IMG/VR virus record: IMGVR_UViG_3300031992_002338
Length of the DNA stretch: 64,000 nucleotides
Source of the DNA: a virus
Lineage: Duplodnaviria; Caudoviricetes
Strand: one strand, 5' to 3'
In this document: piece after piece, positions 1-8,235 of the stretch
Numbering within the stretch: position 1 is the first letter of the stretch
How the letters are laid out: the number at the start of each line of letters is the position of its first letter
Translations under genes and position numbers: made by a program
The notes under the pieces: model-generated
Told to the model about the DNA's origin: nothing
Databases searched by the model: none
The model's input: the letters and a program-made list of their open reading frames with translations, nothing else

Positions 1-9
1 ACATAGTTG

Positions 10-82
10 TTGGACTTGAGGGATTCAAACCCCCAATCTTCTGAGCCAGAATCAGACGTGTTAATCATTCCACCAAAGTCCA
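10..82 (-). tRNA. tRNA-Gln(CTG)
   Basis: Cloverleaf: acceptor TGGACTT/AAGTCCA, anticodon arm TCTGA-TT CTG GC-TCAGA, T arm GGGGG-TTTGAAT-CCCTC; CCA not encoded. Confidence 0.92.
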
Positions 83-87
83 AGATA

Positions 88-173
88 AAAGTTGAAATTC
101 TCATGAGAATAGCCTATCACGTCATTCACTCAAGCTTTACTGAGCCGAATTGTAGTGCTATAATTCCAACTTT
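88..173 (-). ncRNA. Candidate structured RNA (irregular rod hairpin) between tRNAs
   Basis: 12-bp closing stem AAAGTTGGAATT/AATTTCAACTTT with nested ATAGC/GCTAT, ATTC/GAAT and GCTCAG/CTTGAGT pairings. Confidence 0.45.
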
Positions 174-182
174 ATATTATAA

Positions 183-258
183 GGGAACATTTTTAACTGT
201 ACTCTTAAAACCCAAATTTAATTACTTGTTAATTTAATAATACTTGCTGTGTGTTCCC
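183..258 (-). ncRNA. Stem-ACAGCAA small RNA with an anticodon stem-loop mimic (TGG)
   Basis: Closing stem GGGAACA/TGTTCCC, then ACAGCAA; internal TTAAA-TTTGGGT-TTTAA 5-bp stem with 7-nt loop at 205-221. Confidence 0.5.
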
Positions 259-263
259 ACTTG

Positions 264-337
264 TAGCGTTAGCGAGGCTCAAACTCGCAATCTCCACCTT
301 GAGAGGGTGGCGGCTTAATCAGTTCGCCTATAACGCC
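264..337 (-). tRNA. tRNA-Glu(CTC)
   Basis: Acceptor GGCGTTA/TAACGCT, anticodon arm CCACC-CT CTC AA-GGTGG. Confidence 0.92.
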
Positions 338-343
338 ATTGTT

Positions 344-437
344 GTATTGGGTAAAGGAATCGAACCAATATCCGTAGGGCTAGCTTCCCTACCGCTTTGA
401 ATATTGACACGTGCGCCATTAAGCTATCCGCAACACC
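344..437 (-). ncRNA. Degenerate or atypical tRNA-like element
   Basis: D-like AGCTTAATGG...AAAGC with a 17-nt insert, hairpin GTAGGG-AAGCTAG-CCCTAC, GGTTCGATTCC T-loop, ends GTGTTG/CAATAC; T stem is poor. Confidence 0.45.
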
Positions 438-448
438 ATTGCTTTTTG

Positions 449-520
449 TAGTCGGTACGAGATTTGAACTCGTGTGAACAGGTTGAAAACCTGTCATCCT
501 AACCCCTAGATGAACCGACC
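449..520 (-). tRNA. tRNA-Glu(TTC)
   Basis: Acceptor GGTCGGT/ACCGACT, anticodon arm ACAGG-TT TTC AA-CCTGT, T loop GTTCAAATC. Confidence 0.93.
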
Positions 521-525
521 ATTTT

Positions 526-655
526 TGAAGGGTGGGTAGTTTGTACCTACATTCTTCCACATTTATTAGATGCTTTGTCCTAACATTTGAGCGACCTAAC
601 ACTATTGATTTTTCTTCGCCTTTCGTTATTGAATCATCAACATGCTATCCCTTCA
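526..655 (-). ncRNA. Candidate ~130-nt structured RNA, first unit of the tRNA operon
   Basis: Starts right after a TAnnTTTG promoter; ends pair TGAAGGG/CCCTTCA; 3' GTGG..GTAG-GTACAAA-CTAC-CCAC hairpin. Confidence 0.4.
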
Positions 656-661
656 GCGATG

Positions 662-693
662 CAAAGATATGAAAAAAATTCCGAATATCCAAA
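662..693 (-). promoter_or_regulatory. Bacteroidota sigmaA-type promoter driving tRNA cluster 1
   Basis: TTTG-N20-TATCTTTG. Confidence 0.8.
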
Positions 694-729
694 TTTTTGG
701 CAAACTTTTAACATATTTAAACGTTTTAA

Positions 730-758
730 GGGTGAACATTCCGTAGATTGTTCACCCA
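730..758 (-). terminator. Hairpin, probable terminator
   Basis: GGGTGAACA...TGTTCACCC inverted repeat. Confidence 0.5.
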
Positions 759-827
759 ATATTATATATAATAAACATTATTTATTAAATAAGGTATATA
801 TAATAATTATATGATACGAATCTACAC

Positions 828-914
828 TTAACCTACGCACACGCCTCCTAGTCTTGGATATTCATACCCAAGCTCACGAGGCTGCTGTTCTATATGTAGA
901 TTAAATGTAATCAT
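828..914 (-). CDS. 28-aa small ORF (MITFNLHIEQQPRELGYEYPRLGGVCVG)
   Basis: ATG..TAA between an ATATTTATA motif (941-949) and a hairpin; not in the ORF track. Confidence 0.35.
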   Translation of the reverse strand: MITFNLHIEQQPRELGYEYPRLGGVCVG

Positions 915-988
915 ATTATTATTAAAATTTGTCGTTTATATATAAATATATGTATTTTTTAAAAAAGTTTCAAGAAGAAGTGGAAAAA

Positions 989-1258
989 TTATTTTTTCCA
1001 CAAATTAAATCTATAACGTTTTTGTTCTGAAAAACTTGTTGCAGATTCATTTTTAGGTACATCAACAGTAATTATCCTACCATCAGTAGTCCTAATTCTA
1101 TCCACCTTTTCATTTGGCTCATATCCTTCCAATTCATTTAGCAATTCATCGGATGTTTTACCGCCACAATGTGCAATTGCTTCGACAACTGACATCATAT
1201 ACCAACATTTTTTTGCTTTGCCGAAACCTTGTTCCAAATTAAAATTAACATTTACCAT
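989..1258 (-). CDS. hypothetical protein
   Basis: ORF in operon orientation. Confidence 0.7.
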   Translation of the reverse strand: MVNVNFNLEQGFGKAKKCWYMMSVVEAIAHCGGKTSDELLNELEGYEPNEKVDRIRTTDGRIITVDVPKNESATSFSEQKRYRFNLWKK

Positions 1259-1270
1259 AAAAAAATATTT

Positions 1271-1711
1271 TTATTCCGCTTCCACTTCTGCTGCTTTTCT
1301 CCAAGAAGCTGCTATCTCTGGAGTAACCTCTTGGTAAATATTAGTTCCATTTGCTATACCATATACACGATTAGTCCAACCAAAGATAGTAGACATCGTG
1401 CTACCAATCTTGAACCAAAGTTCTCCATTGTGGCTAGCATCGGATATTTCCCAAACTTGATGAACCATTGGGTATTCGTGTCCGTATTCGTCTTCCAAGA
1501 CACAGAACACAGCATCACCTCTCTTAACCTCAACTGGTACACAAGGCTTAATCTTGCAATACTCCATGTGATTGATTAGTGGCTGCATTGACGTACCAGC
1601 CTCCCAATGATATACAGTTTCTTTGTTTTCTAGGGCTTTCTTAATCTCCCATGAGTCTTGAACAACCCTTATGCCATCAATTTCTCGTGGCTCGTTTACA
1701 ATTCTTTTCAT
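1271..1711 (-). CDS. S24/S26-like peptidase domain protein
   Basis: GTSMQP (catalytic Ser motif), RGDAVF, VHQV. Confidence 0.5.
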   Translation of the reverse strand: MKRIVNEPREIDGIRVVQDSWEIKKALENKETVYHWEAGTSMQPLINHMEYCKIKPCVPVEVKRGDAVFCVLEDEYGHEYPMVHQVWEISDASHNGELWFKIGSTMSTIFGWTNRVYGIANGTNIYQEVTPEIAASWRKAAEVEAE

Positions 1712-1714
1712 TTA

Positions 1715-3193
1715 TTACTCTAATAGTTTTAATAATCTTCCAAACTGTGAATCAGAATTTCTTCTCACACTCTTATTTATTGCTGAAACAATATCAGCAC
1801 CCCCAAGTTTAGCCATTGTACCCAAATCCTCATTAAGTATTGTCAATGAACTAGTGAGATTATCGAAATAGGTATCAAGACTATTGACAATCATATCAAT
1901 TGACCCAATACTACCATTGAATTCGATATTTGGCATATGTGGAAATGTAGGAAGCTTCATGCGATAGCCCCTCATTCTATTAACTGCATTCTCAGCACGT
2001 TTACGCTGCTCCTTGATTCTCTTTTCCTCTTCAAGAATCTTGCGTTTACGCTCCTCTTCAGCTTTTTTAATCCTCTCTGCCTCTTTTCTAGCTTTTTCAG
2101 CTTTTAATGCCTCATATTCCTCAACGGTATAAGCGCCCAATTCATCCCAACTAATTTCAAAGAAATCATTAGGTGAAAGTCCATCTAAATATTTTGGCTC
2201 CACACCGAAACATCTATCGATGGATGTATAGCATTCTTTTTGCGCATTTCCGTATTCTCTCTTCAGTTTAATCATAACAAAAATTGTGTCATCAGAAGAA
2301 ATAAAGTTTGCATGATTAAACAAAAGATTCTTAGGATAAACCAATTGTATATCAAGATTAGTCTTGTCATTGATTACATAACCGTTACCGTAAACAATAG
2401 GCTCTTTGGTAGTAATCCTAAGTGTGTCCATAAAATGCTTCTCACTAATTAGGTGTCCACTAGGAGTGAGAATATATCCATCTAAGTAATCTTTGAAGCC
2501 ATCAAGTCTTAACAATACAAATCTAACAGTATTATCAACATCACTAACTGGTGTTGTTGCCAAGTTATTCTTGTCAAAAGGTATTTTCTCCTTAACCCTA
2601 ACCCAATTGAGGGTCTTTGGGAACAACTGCAAACCCTTTTCATATTCTATTCCATGATATTCACAATCATTCTTGGAAAGGGTGAAAATAATTCCTTGTT
2701 CACCAGCAATCTGCTTAACAATCACAGAATTAATGTTAGTTCCATAGAAATCATCAACCACCTTAATGAGCTTATAGACTTTGGTTTCCATTTCAAAACC
2801 ATCACAAGCAACTCCTTGAAGGGCATAGTTTTCTCCCTCAATGAATTTGGGTGTATGTGGCTCAGAAGCCTCAACAATATCAAATTCACTAAAGTCCACT
2901 GCCTCAAACAACTCTTTAGGTTGGGTAAACAGTTTCTCTATTTTCTCTTCAGACTTTGCTACTGCTGCTTGATTTCTAATAGCATTTGAGTATTTCCTAG
3001 ATGTAGTTATATCTTCGTATGAAATTAACATTTCTGGATTAACAATTTCTATTGTTCCGTCTCTAAATAAAACGGTCATATTATTATTGTTTTCGTCAAA
3101 AAATACGTTTAAAACATCCCAATCTCTTGGAATATTGATTGGGATGCTTTTTGGGCATGGTAGGGGTATATCACGTGGTCTTATCTTTCCCAT
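1715..3193 (-). CDS. hypothetical protein with C-terminal coiled coil
   Basis: 492-aa ORF directly after telA; EK-rich helix. Confidence 0.75.
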   Translation of the reverse strand: MGKIRPRDIPLPCPKSIPINIPRDWDVLNVFFDENNNNMTVLFRDGTIEIVNPEMLISYEDITTSRKYSNAIRNQAAVAKSEEKIEKLFTQPKELFEAVDFSEFDIVEASEPHTPKFIEGENYALQGVACDGFEMETKVYKLIKVVDDFYGTNINSVIVKQIAGEQGIIFTLSKNDCEYHGIEYEKGLQLFPKTLNWVRVKEKIPFDKNNLATTPVSDVDNTVRFVLLRLDGFKDYLDGYILTPSGHLISEKHFMDTLRITTKEPIVYGNGYVINDKTNLDIQLVYPKNLLFNHANFISSDDTIFVMIKLKREYGNAQKECYTSIDRCFGVEPKYLDGLSPNDFFEISWDELGAYTVEEYEALKAEKARKEAERIKKAEEERKRKILEEEKRIKEQRKRAENAVNRMRGYRMKLPTFPHMPNIEFNGSIGSIDMIVNSLDTYFDNLTSSLTILNEDLGTMAKLGGADIVSAINKSVRRNSDSQFGRLLKLLE

Positions 3194-3195
3194 GA

Positions 3196-4500
3196 TTACT
3201 CAAGTAGAAGATTCTTGTCCTTTCCTCTAAGTTCCTTTGCGATTACGTGCTGTGTAGAAGTAGCCACACCGATAGCGGTCTGTGACATCTGCTTCTCAAG
3301 CTTGAACAACTCTTGTTCAGCAGCAGCACGTTTCTGAGCACCCTCAAGCTGTGCTTTCTGAACACCCTCTACAGTAGCAAGGAGGTCAGATGTGGTCTTA
3401 CGCAGAGTCTCAATATCAATAACTGTACGCTGATTCTGCTTTGCAACCTCAATGGCTTGGGTCTTCATCATTTCAGCATTCTTCTTGAAAATCTCGTTGG
3501 TTGTATCAGCAACCTTACTGCTAATCTCAAGAGTCTGCTTCTGGTCATACAGAGCTACAGCCAACGAAAGCTGATTCTTCCACAGAGGAATTGTCATTGC
3601 AATCTGCTGTTCCGTATTGTTAGCGTTCATAATGTTTGTGCGCTGAATAATACGAATCTGTGTAAGAGACTGCTTGAAAGCATAGCGAAGCATGGTAAGG
3701 TCAGTTAGACGCTTATCAAGAGAGTTCTTGTACTCTTCCACATCACTAATCTGGTAATCGTCATACTCTTCCGAGTTGGCTTTCATATCCTCAATGAGCT
3801 TGTCAAGCTCTTGAGACTTAATCTTACCAGCAATGATGAGTTCGCCAAGCTGCTCAACATAGTCCACGTTGTTCTCAAATTGCTTCTGCAAGTTGTTGTT
3901 GTCACGAATAGAAATCTGACGTGCGGTTTCAAGCTTCTGCACGATACCATCAATATTTTTCTCGATGGTGTCATACTTAGCCTTAATCTGTTCCACAGAT
4001 ACAACTAGCTTGCGCAGTCCAGGAATCTTTCTCAAGAAACGCTTCACTGCACTAGGTGCTTCGAGGTCATCAATGTTCACCTCATGGAGTTCACCCAACA
4101 GATTAGAAATCAACTGAGCCGACTCGATGCTATTCTTGGAGTCAAACGACTGCTTCAAGAAATCACTAGAATAAGTGTCCATAGCCCTCTGAAGGTCAGA
4201 GCCATAGCTAGCAATGCTTGTCAAGTCCTTTTCATCAAGTACCTTGGCAATCTCACTGTAGTATGCCTTTTTCTGAGCAGGAATTAAGCTAACGTCAATC
4301 TCACCAGTATCAGACAATCTTGTCTTAGGCACATTGGCAATTTCAGTCTCACCATTAAGTTCAGCCTCTACCTCATCAGTGATAGCTTTTACAGCCTCTC
4401 TCTTCTCAGCAGCACTACGCTTAACAGTTGTCTTACGCTTTGGCTTAACCTCTTTTACTTCAACATCGACTAATGTCTCTTCATTTACTTTTTTTGCCAT
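3196..4500 (-). CDS. telA: Toxic anion resistance protein (TelA/KlaB family)
   Basis: SYGSDLQ, LDKRLTDL, QIRIIQRTN, TIPLWKNQL, DIETL motifs of TelA. Confidence 0.85.
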   Translation of the reverse strand: MAKKVNEETLVDVEVKEVKPKRKTTVKRSAAEKREAVKAITDEVEAELNGETEIANVPKTRLSDTGEIDVSLIPAQKKAYYSEIAKVLDEKDLTSIASYGSDLQRAMDTYSSDFLKQSFDSKNSIESAQLISNLLGELHEVNIDDLEAPSAVKRFLRKIPGLRKLVVSVEQIKAKYDTIEKNIDGIVQKLETARQISIRDNNNLQKQFENNVDYVEQLGELIIAGKIKSQELDKLIEDMKANSEEYDDYQISDVEEYKNSLDKRLTDLTMLRYAFKQSLTQIRIIQRTNIMNANNTEQQIAMTIPLWKNQLSLAVALYDQKQTLEISSKVADTTNEIFKKNAEMMKTQAIEVAKQNQRTVIDIETLRKTTSDLLATVEGVQKAQLEGAQKRAAAEQELFKLEKQMSQTAIGVATSTQHVIAKELRGKDKNLLLE

Positions 4501-4537
4501 ATTCTATTATGTTTAGTTATAATTTAAATCTTTTGTG

Positions 4538-4568
4538 CAAAGATATATATTTTTTACCTAATTCCAAA
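4538..4568 (-). promoter_or_regulatory. Bacteroidota-type promoter for the telA operon
   Basis: TTTG-N19-TATCTTTG. Confidence 0.75.
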
Positions 4569-4630
4569 ATTTTCTATATTAAAGAATGTTAATAAAAAAT
4601 GCCACCCAATTTTGAGTGGCAATTTAAAGA

Positions 4631-5077
4631 TTAGAATGGTAGGTCATCATCACTACCACCGTTGTCAACTACCTCTTGGGTTGCAGCTGGTGCTGCGGCA
4701 ACTGTTGCATGCTGTTGCTTCTTAAATGTTCCAGTTTCAGCTACTGCCTCATTTGACTGAGTAGTTCCACTGCCACTGTTAGAGAAGTCAACCCTATCTG
4801 CAAATACATCTACAGAAATTGCCTTGTCACCATCTTTGGTGGGATACAAAGAGAACTTTGGAGTACCCCTTACGATAACAGCACTACCCTTTTTCATGTG
4901 TTCTGCCATTTTTAGAGCACGGTCTCCTGACCACAAAACATTTACCCAAGTTGTAACATTCTCGCCACCAATGTAATCGTTGCTAGCGACACGCATTGAA
5001 ACAAATTTGTTTCCATTTTTAGCATCCTTGATTACTGCATCAGCACCAAGTCTGCCGCTAATATCAGCATATATCAT
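4631..5077 (-). CDS. ssb: Single-stranded DNA-binding protein
   Basis: GRLGAD, TTWVNV, KKGSAVIVRG OB fold; acidic DDDLPF tail. Confidence 0.93.
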   Translation of the reverse strand: MIYADISGRLGADAVIKDAKNGNKFVSMRVASNDYIGGENVTTWVNVLWSGDRALKMAEHMKKGSAVIVRGTPKFSLYPTKDGDKAISVDVFADRVDFSNSGSGTTQSNEAVAETGTFKKQQHATVAAAPAATQEVVDNGGSDDDLPF

Positions 5078-5097
5078 AAATTTAAATTGTTAAGAAA

Positions 5098-5361
5098 TTA
5101 ATTATTCAAATATAAAATAAGGTTTTTATTATCATCACTGAATGACCATCCTTGTTTTTTCAGTGTTTCCAACTCTTCTTTCGGAAATTCTGATTTGAGT
5201 AGTTCATCCACTTTCATTTCGTAGTAATAATCAAATGTATGTCTATCCATCAATAATTCGACATCTACGAATTTCATTATGTTTACCAAAGCGGATGCGC
5301 TAACAGAAGAAGTTGATAATGTATTACCATCTAATGCACTTTTTAGCTCATCTAAACTCAT
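5098..5361 (-). CDS. hypothetical protein
   Basis: ORF downstream of promoter 5382-5412. Confidence 0.7.
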   Translation of the reverse strand: MSLDELKSALDGNTLSTSSVSASALVNIMKFVDVELLMDRHTFDYYYEMKVDELLKSEFPKEELETLKKQGWSFSDDNKNLILYLNN

Positions 5362-5381
5362 ATTAAAATCGTTTAACAGTG

Positions 5382-5412
5382 CAAAGATATGAAAAAAAAA
5401 TTAAAAAACAAA
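5382..5412 (-). promoter_or_regulatory. Bacteroidota-type promoter
   Basis: TTTG-N19-TATCTTTG. Confidence 0.75.
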
Positions 5413-5432
5413 ATATTTATTAAAAAAAAATT

Positions 5433-5915
5433 ATGAAACCTTCAAAAATTAAATCAGTAAAAGGTAAAAAAGCTTGGTTTTTATTACCTAATTTCAAATC
5501 GTTAACGTGGATGGGTACTGCTTATTGTGCTAAATCTAAGGATGTTGAATTATTAAATAAGACAGATGAAATAGATAGCCAATTAAAATCTCACGAAACA
5601 ATACACGTTAGACAAGCAGAATCAACCCATAATTCTTGGTTCTTATTCTATTTAAGATATGTTTGGCAGTGGATTTTGAATATGCCATTGGTATTTTCTG
5701 ATTTCTATGCCCCATATAAATTTATGCCATTTGAACTTGAAGCATATCTTAACCAAGATGATTGGGATTACTGCCAACACGGTGGTGTTACACAGTGGAA
5801 GAAATTCGAAAAAATTAAATTAAAAACAAAACGTGAATGGGCGTGGGAATATTATCACACTTTCCCAAAACCATATTTCACCAAATTCCTAAGAGAAAAA
5901 ATAAATGAGGGCTAA
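5433..5915 (+). CDS. HExxH zincin-like hypothetical protein
   Basis: HETIHVRQ and PFELEAY motifs. Confidence 0.6.
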   Translation: MKPSKIKSVKGKKAWFLLPNFKSLTWMGTAYCAKSKDVELLNKTDEIDSQLKSHETIHVRQAESTHNSWFLFYLRYVWQWILNMPLVFSDFYAPYKFMPFELEAYLNQDDWDYCQHGGVTQWKKFEKIKLKTKREWAWEYYHTFPKPYFTKFLREKINEG

Positions 5916-5918
5916 TGA

Positions 5919-7262
5919 CTAGTCCTCATTTTCTTTTGTATCAGAAGCTTTGATGTTCATCATTGGCTTCATAAAGTATAAAATGTTCACAGTTGGCTCT
6001 ATCAACCTTACAATTTCCTCATAAGGTTTATAGGCTGCTGGGGCTTCATCTAAGGTAGAAACATCTGCTGTGGTAGTATATACTCCTGCTGCCTCCATAG
6101 TAGCCTTAAAATCCTCCACGTTGAGCTGCTGATGGGCTTTCGACCTTGAGAGTGCCCTACCACAGCCATGCGGGGCTGTACAATTCCAGTCATTGTTTGA
6201 CTTACCCTCACAGATTGAGATACCATCCCTCATATTGAATGGTATGATTAGTCTCTCTCCTTCATATGCTCTAACAGCACCTTTGCGAAGAATCATATCA
6301 TCCATATCAACATAATTGTGAGTAGTGTAGATTTCATCAACCTTTTTGCCACCATCTGACATCTTACGATATATCTCAGCAATTTGAGAATGAATTAATT
6401 CATGATTCAACCTAGCATATGCTTGTGCAATACATACATCGATAAGATACTTATATAAGTGTTCACCACTAAGAAAATTTGGAATCCTATCCCTAAGATA
6501 TTCCTCCTTTGCAAGCTTTAATTCCTCTTGCAACTTCTTTTTATCTTTATTTTTGGATTTAACATTATCTGTTAACGCCTTCATTTCATCCTTGGTGACA
6601 CACATACTCTTGGCAATCTTATCCCAATACTTGAAGACCTTTTGGCCAAGATTCCTAGACCCACAGTGTACACAAACGCAATACTTACCTAATTCTTTGT
6701 TGTAGTCTAACTCACAATAATGGTTTCCTCCCCCGACACTTCCAATGGACTTAATAAACACACCATAATCCATATTAAGCCGTTTGCACCAATCTTCCAA
6801 ATCCTTTTCCTTGGTAAAAGTGATAGCATAATCAGCAAACAATGGATGCTTTGAACACAATTTGTTAATTGCCTTATTGAAAGCTTTCATTATGGTTTTG
6901 GCATCAACTTTGGAGTGTTCATTAATATTAAAACCAAAAGGTATAGCTTTTCTTATTTTATGTTCAAATTCAGCAAGTTTATCTTCAATAATAGGCTTGT
7001 CATAAAACCAAGCACTAACTGTACAGCCAATATCCACACCTACTGCTTGAACACTAGCATATCCATGTTCAATGTCAATTGGGCAAGAAAATCCAATAAC
7101 GGTGTCACCAACACCCTTATGCACATCGGGCATTATCCTTACCTTCGCACCATCATACGCCTTCATTTCAGATATGTGATATAGCACAGATAATGCCTCT
7201 TCTTCTATATTATCAGTAAATATTTTAATGTCTTTACAGTATTTCCCTTTCAATTCTGTCAT
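5919..7262 (-). CDS. rtcB: RtcB RNA ligase (3'-phosphate/5'-OH)
   Basis: MPDVH, GVDIGC, GGGNHY, HCGSRNLG, HNY, RKGA, HGCGR, DEAPAAYK. Confidence 0.95.
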   Translation of the reverse strand: MTELKGKYCKDIKIFTDNIEEEALSVLYHISEMKAYDGAKVRIMPDVHKGVGDTVIGFSCPIDIEHGYASVQAVGVDIGCTVSAWFYDKPIIEDKLAEFEHKIRKAIPFGFNINEHSKVDAKTIMKAFNKAINKLCSKHPLFADYAITFTKEKDLEDWCKRLNMDYGVFIKSIGSVGGGNHYCELDYNKELGKYCVCVHCGSRNLGQKVFKYWDKIAKSMCVTKDEMKALTDNVKSKNKDKKKLQEELKLAKEEYLRDRIPNFLSGEHLYKYLIDVCIAQAYARLNHELIHSQIAEIYRKMSDGGKKVDEIYTTHNYVDMDDMILRKGAVRAYEGERLIIPFNMRDGISICEGKSNNDWNCTAPHGCGRALSRSKAHQQLNVEDFKATMEAAGVYTTTADVSTLDEAPAAYKPYEEIVRLIEPTVNILYFMKPMMNIKASDTKENED

Positions 7263-7267
7263 TTTTT

Positions 7268-7468
7268 TTAATCTTTATTAACAGTTATAAACTTGTCTAT
7301 TAAACCACCATTGTCATTAACATAACATAGTTTTAATTCTCCATTAAGCGTATGGAATGAAATAGAATGGTCTTTAGGGCACTCTACTATTGCTTTGGCA
7401 ATTTTATCAAAATCCACATGCTTTCTACTAAGTGGAAGCCACTTATCTGAATAAGGATATTTAACCAT
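7268..7468 (-). CDS. hypothetical protein
   Basis: Small ORF in operon; TTG/GTG-type start uncertain. Confidence 0.5.
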   Translation of the reverse strand: MVKYPYSDKWLPLSRKHVDFDKIAKAIVECPKDHSISFHTLNGELKLCYVNDNGGLIDKFITVNKD

Positions 7469-7517
7469 TATTGTGTATTTTAACTAATTTTCATGTTTTT
7501 TTAAGTAATATATTAAT

Positions 7518-7769
7518 TTACCTTTTTTTCAACATATAATCGCAAAACGACATCGCTAAATAGCACCCAATAAAATTGGTTGATGCTTGCACAGCTATTG
7601 CAATCCATAAGTCTACTTCTGCAATGAATTTGATTACTACCGCAGAAAACGTGTAGCATACACAATTTGCTAGTGAAGCAATTAGTTTGCTTGACTTAAT
7701 AACCAAAATGCTTCTTACTATGTGTAAGAACACGTTAGTTAATGATATTACAATGTACAACAGAATCAT
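7518..7769 (-). CDS. small multi-pass membrane protein
   Basis: Three hydrophobic segments. Confidence 0.65.
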   Translation of the reverse strand: MILLYIVISLTNVFLHIVRSILVIKSSKLIASLANCVCYTFSAVVIKFIAEVDLWIAIAVQASTNFIGCYLAMSFCDYMLKKR

Positions 7770-7792
7770 ATTGATTAATTTTCTTTATGGTG

Positions 7793-7839
7793 CAAAGATA
7801 CGAAAAAAATCTGAGACAGCCAAAACAATCTCAGATTTT
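7793..7839 (-). promoter_or_regulatory. Promoter overlapping a terminator hairpin
   Basis: TTTG-N20-TATCTTTG; the TTTG lies in the loop of AAAATCTGAGA/TCTCAGATTTT. Confidence 0.75.
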
Positions 7840-7848
7840 TAACATCAT

Positions 7849-8235
7849 TTAACGATGCCCATATTTAGGTTTTTTCTCAGTAATTAAATCCTTACTAACT
7901 TCTGTGCGGCTAAGAACAATTGGCCTTAAATCAACTTTTACTATTTGAGCACCAAGAATAGGATACTCATTTGTTAAACCCCACCCAATATAAAAGATAC
8001 GTGCCACGTAGTAATAAACATCGGATAGCTTATCGTATAATTTGGCTTTATGAAATTCTGGTGTGAGATACGCATTAGAAGCATTGGATGCAGAGTATAG
8101 TGGCGATTTACCATCCCATCCTTTTATCTGTTTCCATTTAAAACTTCCAATACTGTGCTGCCAAGTTTCATCTTCCCATTTTTCTGTGGCTAACCTTTTC
8201 TTGTCTACGAAAACTTGTATTGCGTACTTTATCAT
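7849..8235 (-). CDS. hypothetical protein
   Basis: ORF overlapping the upstream stop (ATGA). Confidence 0.7.
   Translation of the reverse strand: MIKYAIQVFVDKKRLATEKWEDETWQHSIGSFKWKQIKGWDGKSPLYSASNASNAYLTPEFHKAKLYDKLSDVYYYVARIFYIGWGLTNEYPILGAQIVKVDLRPIVLSRTEVSKDLITEKKPKYGHR

Noticed and set aside
88-173. SRP (4.5S) RNA
   Set aside because: Lacks the conserved domain IV GNRA loop and CAGG/AGCA internal loop.
344-437. Selenocysteine or suppressor tRNA
   Set aside because: The TCA/CTA triplets are not centred in a proper anticodon arm, and there is no tRNA-Sec acceptor/variable-arm geometry.
7-814. ORF-track ORFs 7-237, 315-602 and 587-814
   Set aside because: They overlap tRNA genes and the promoter; spurious.
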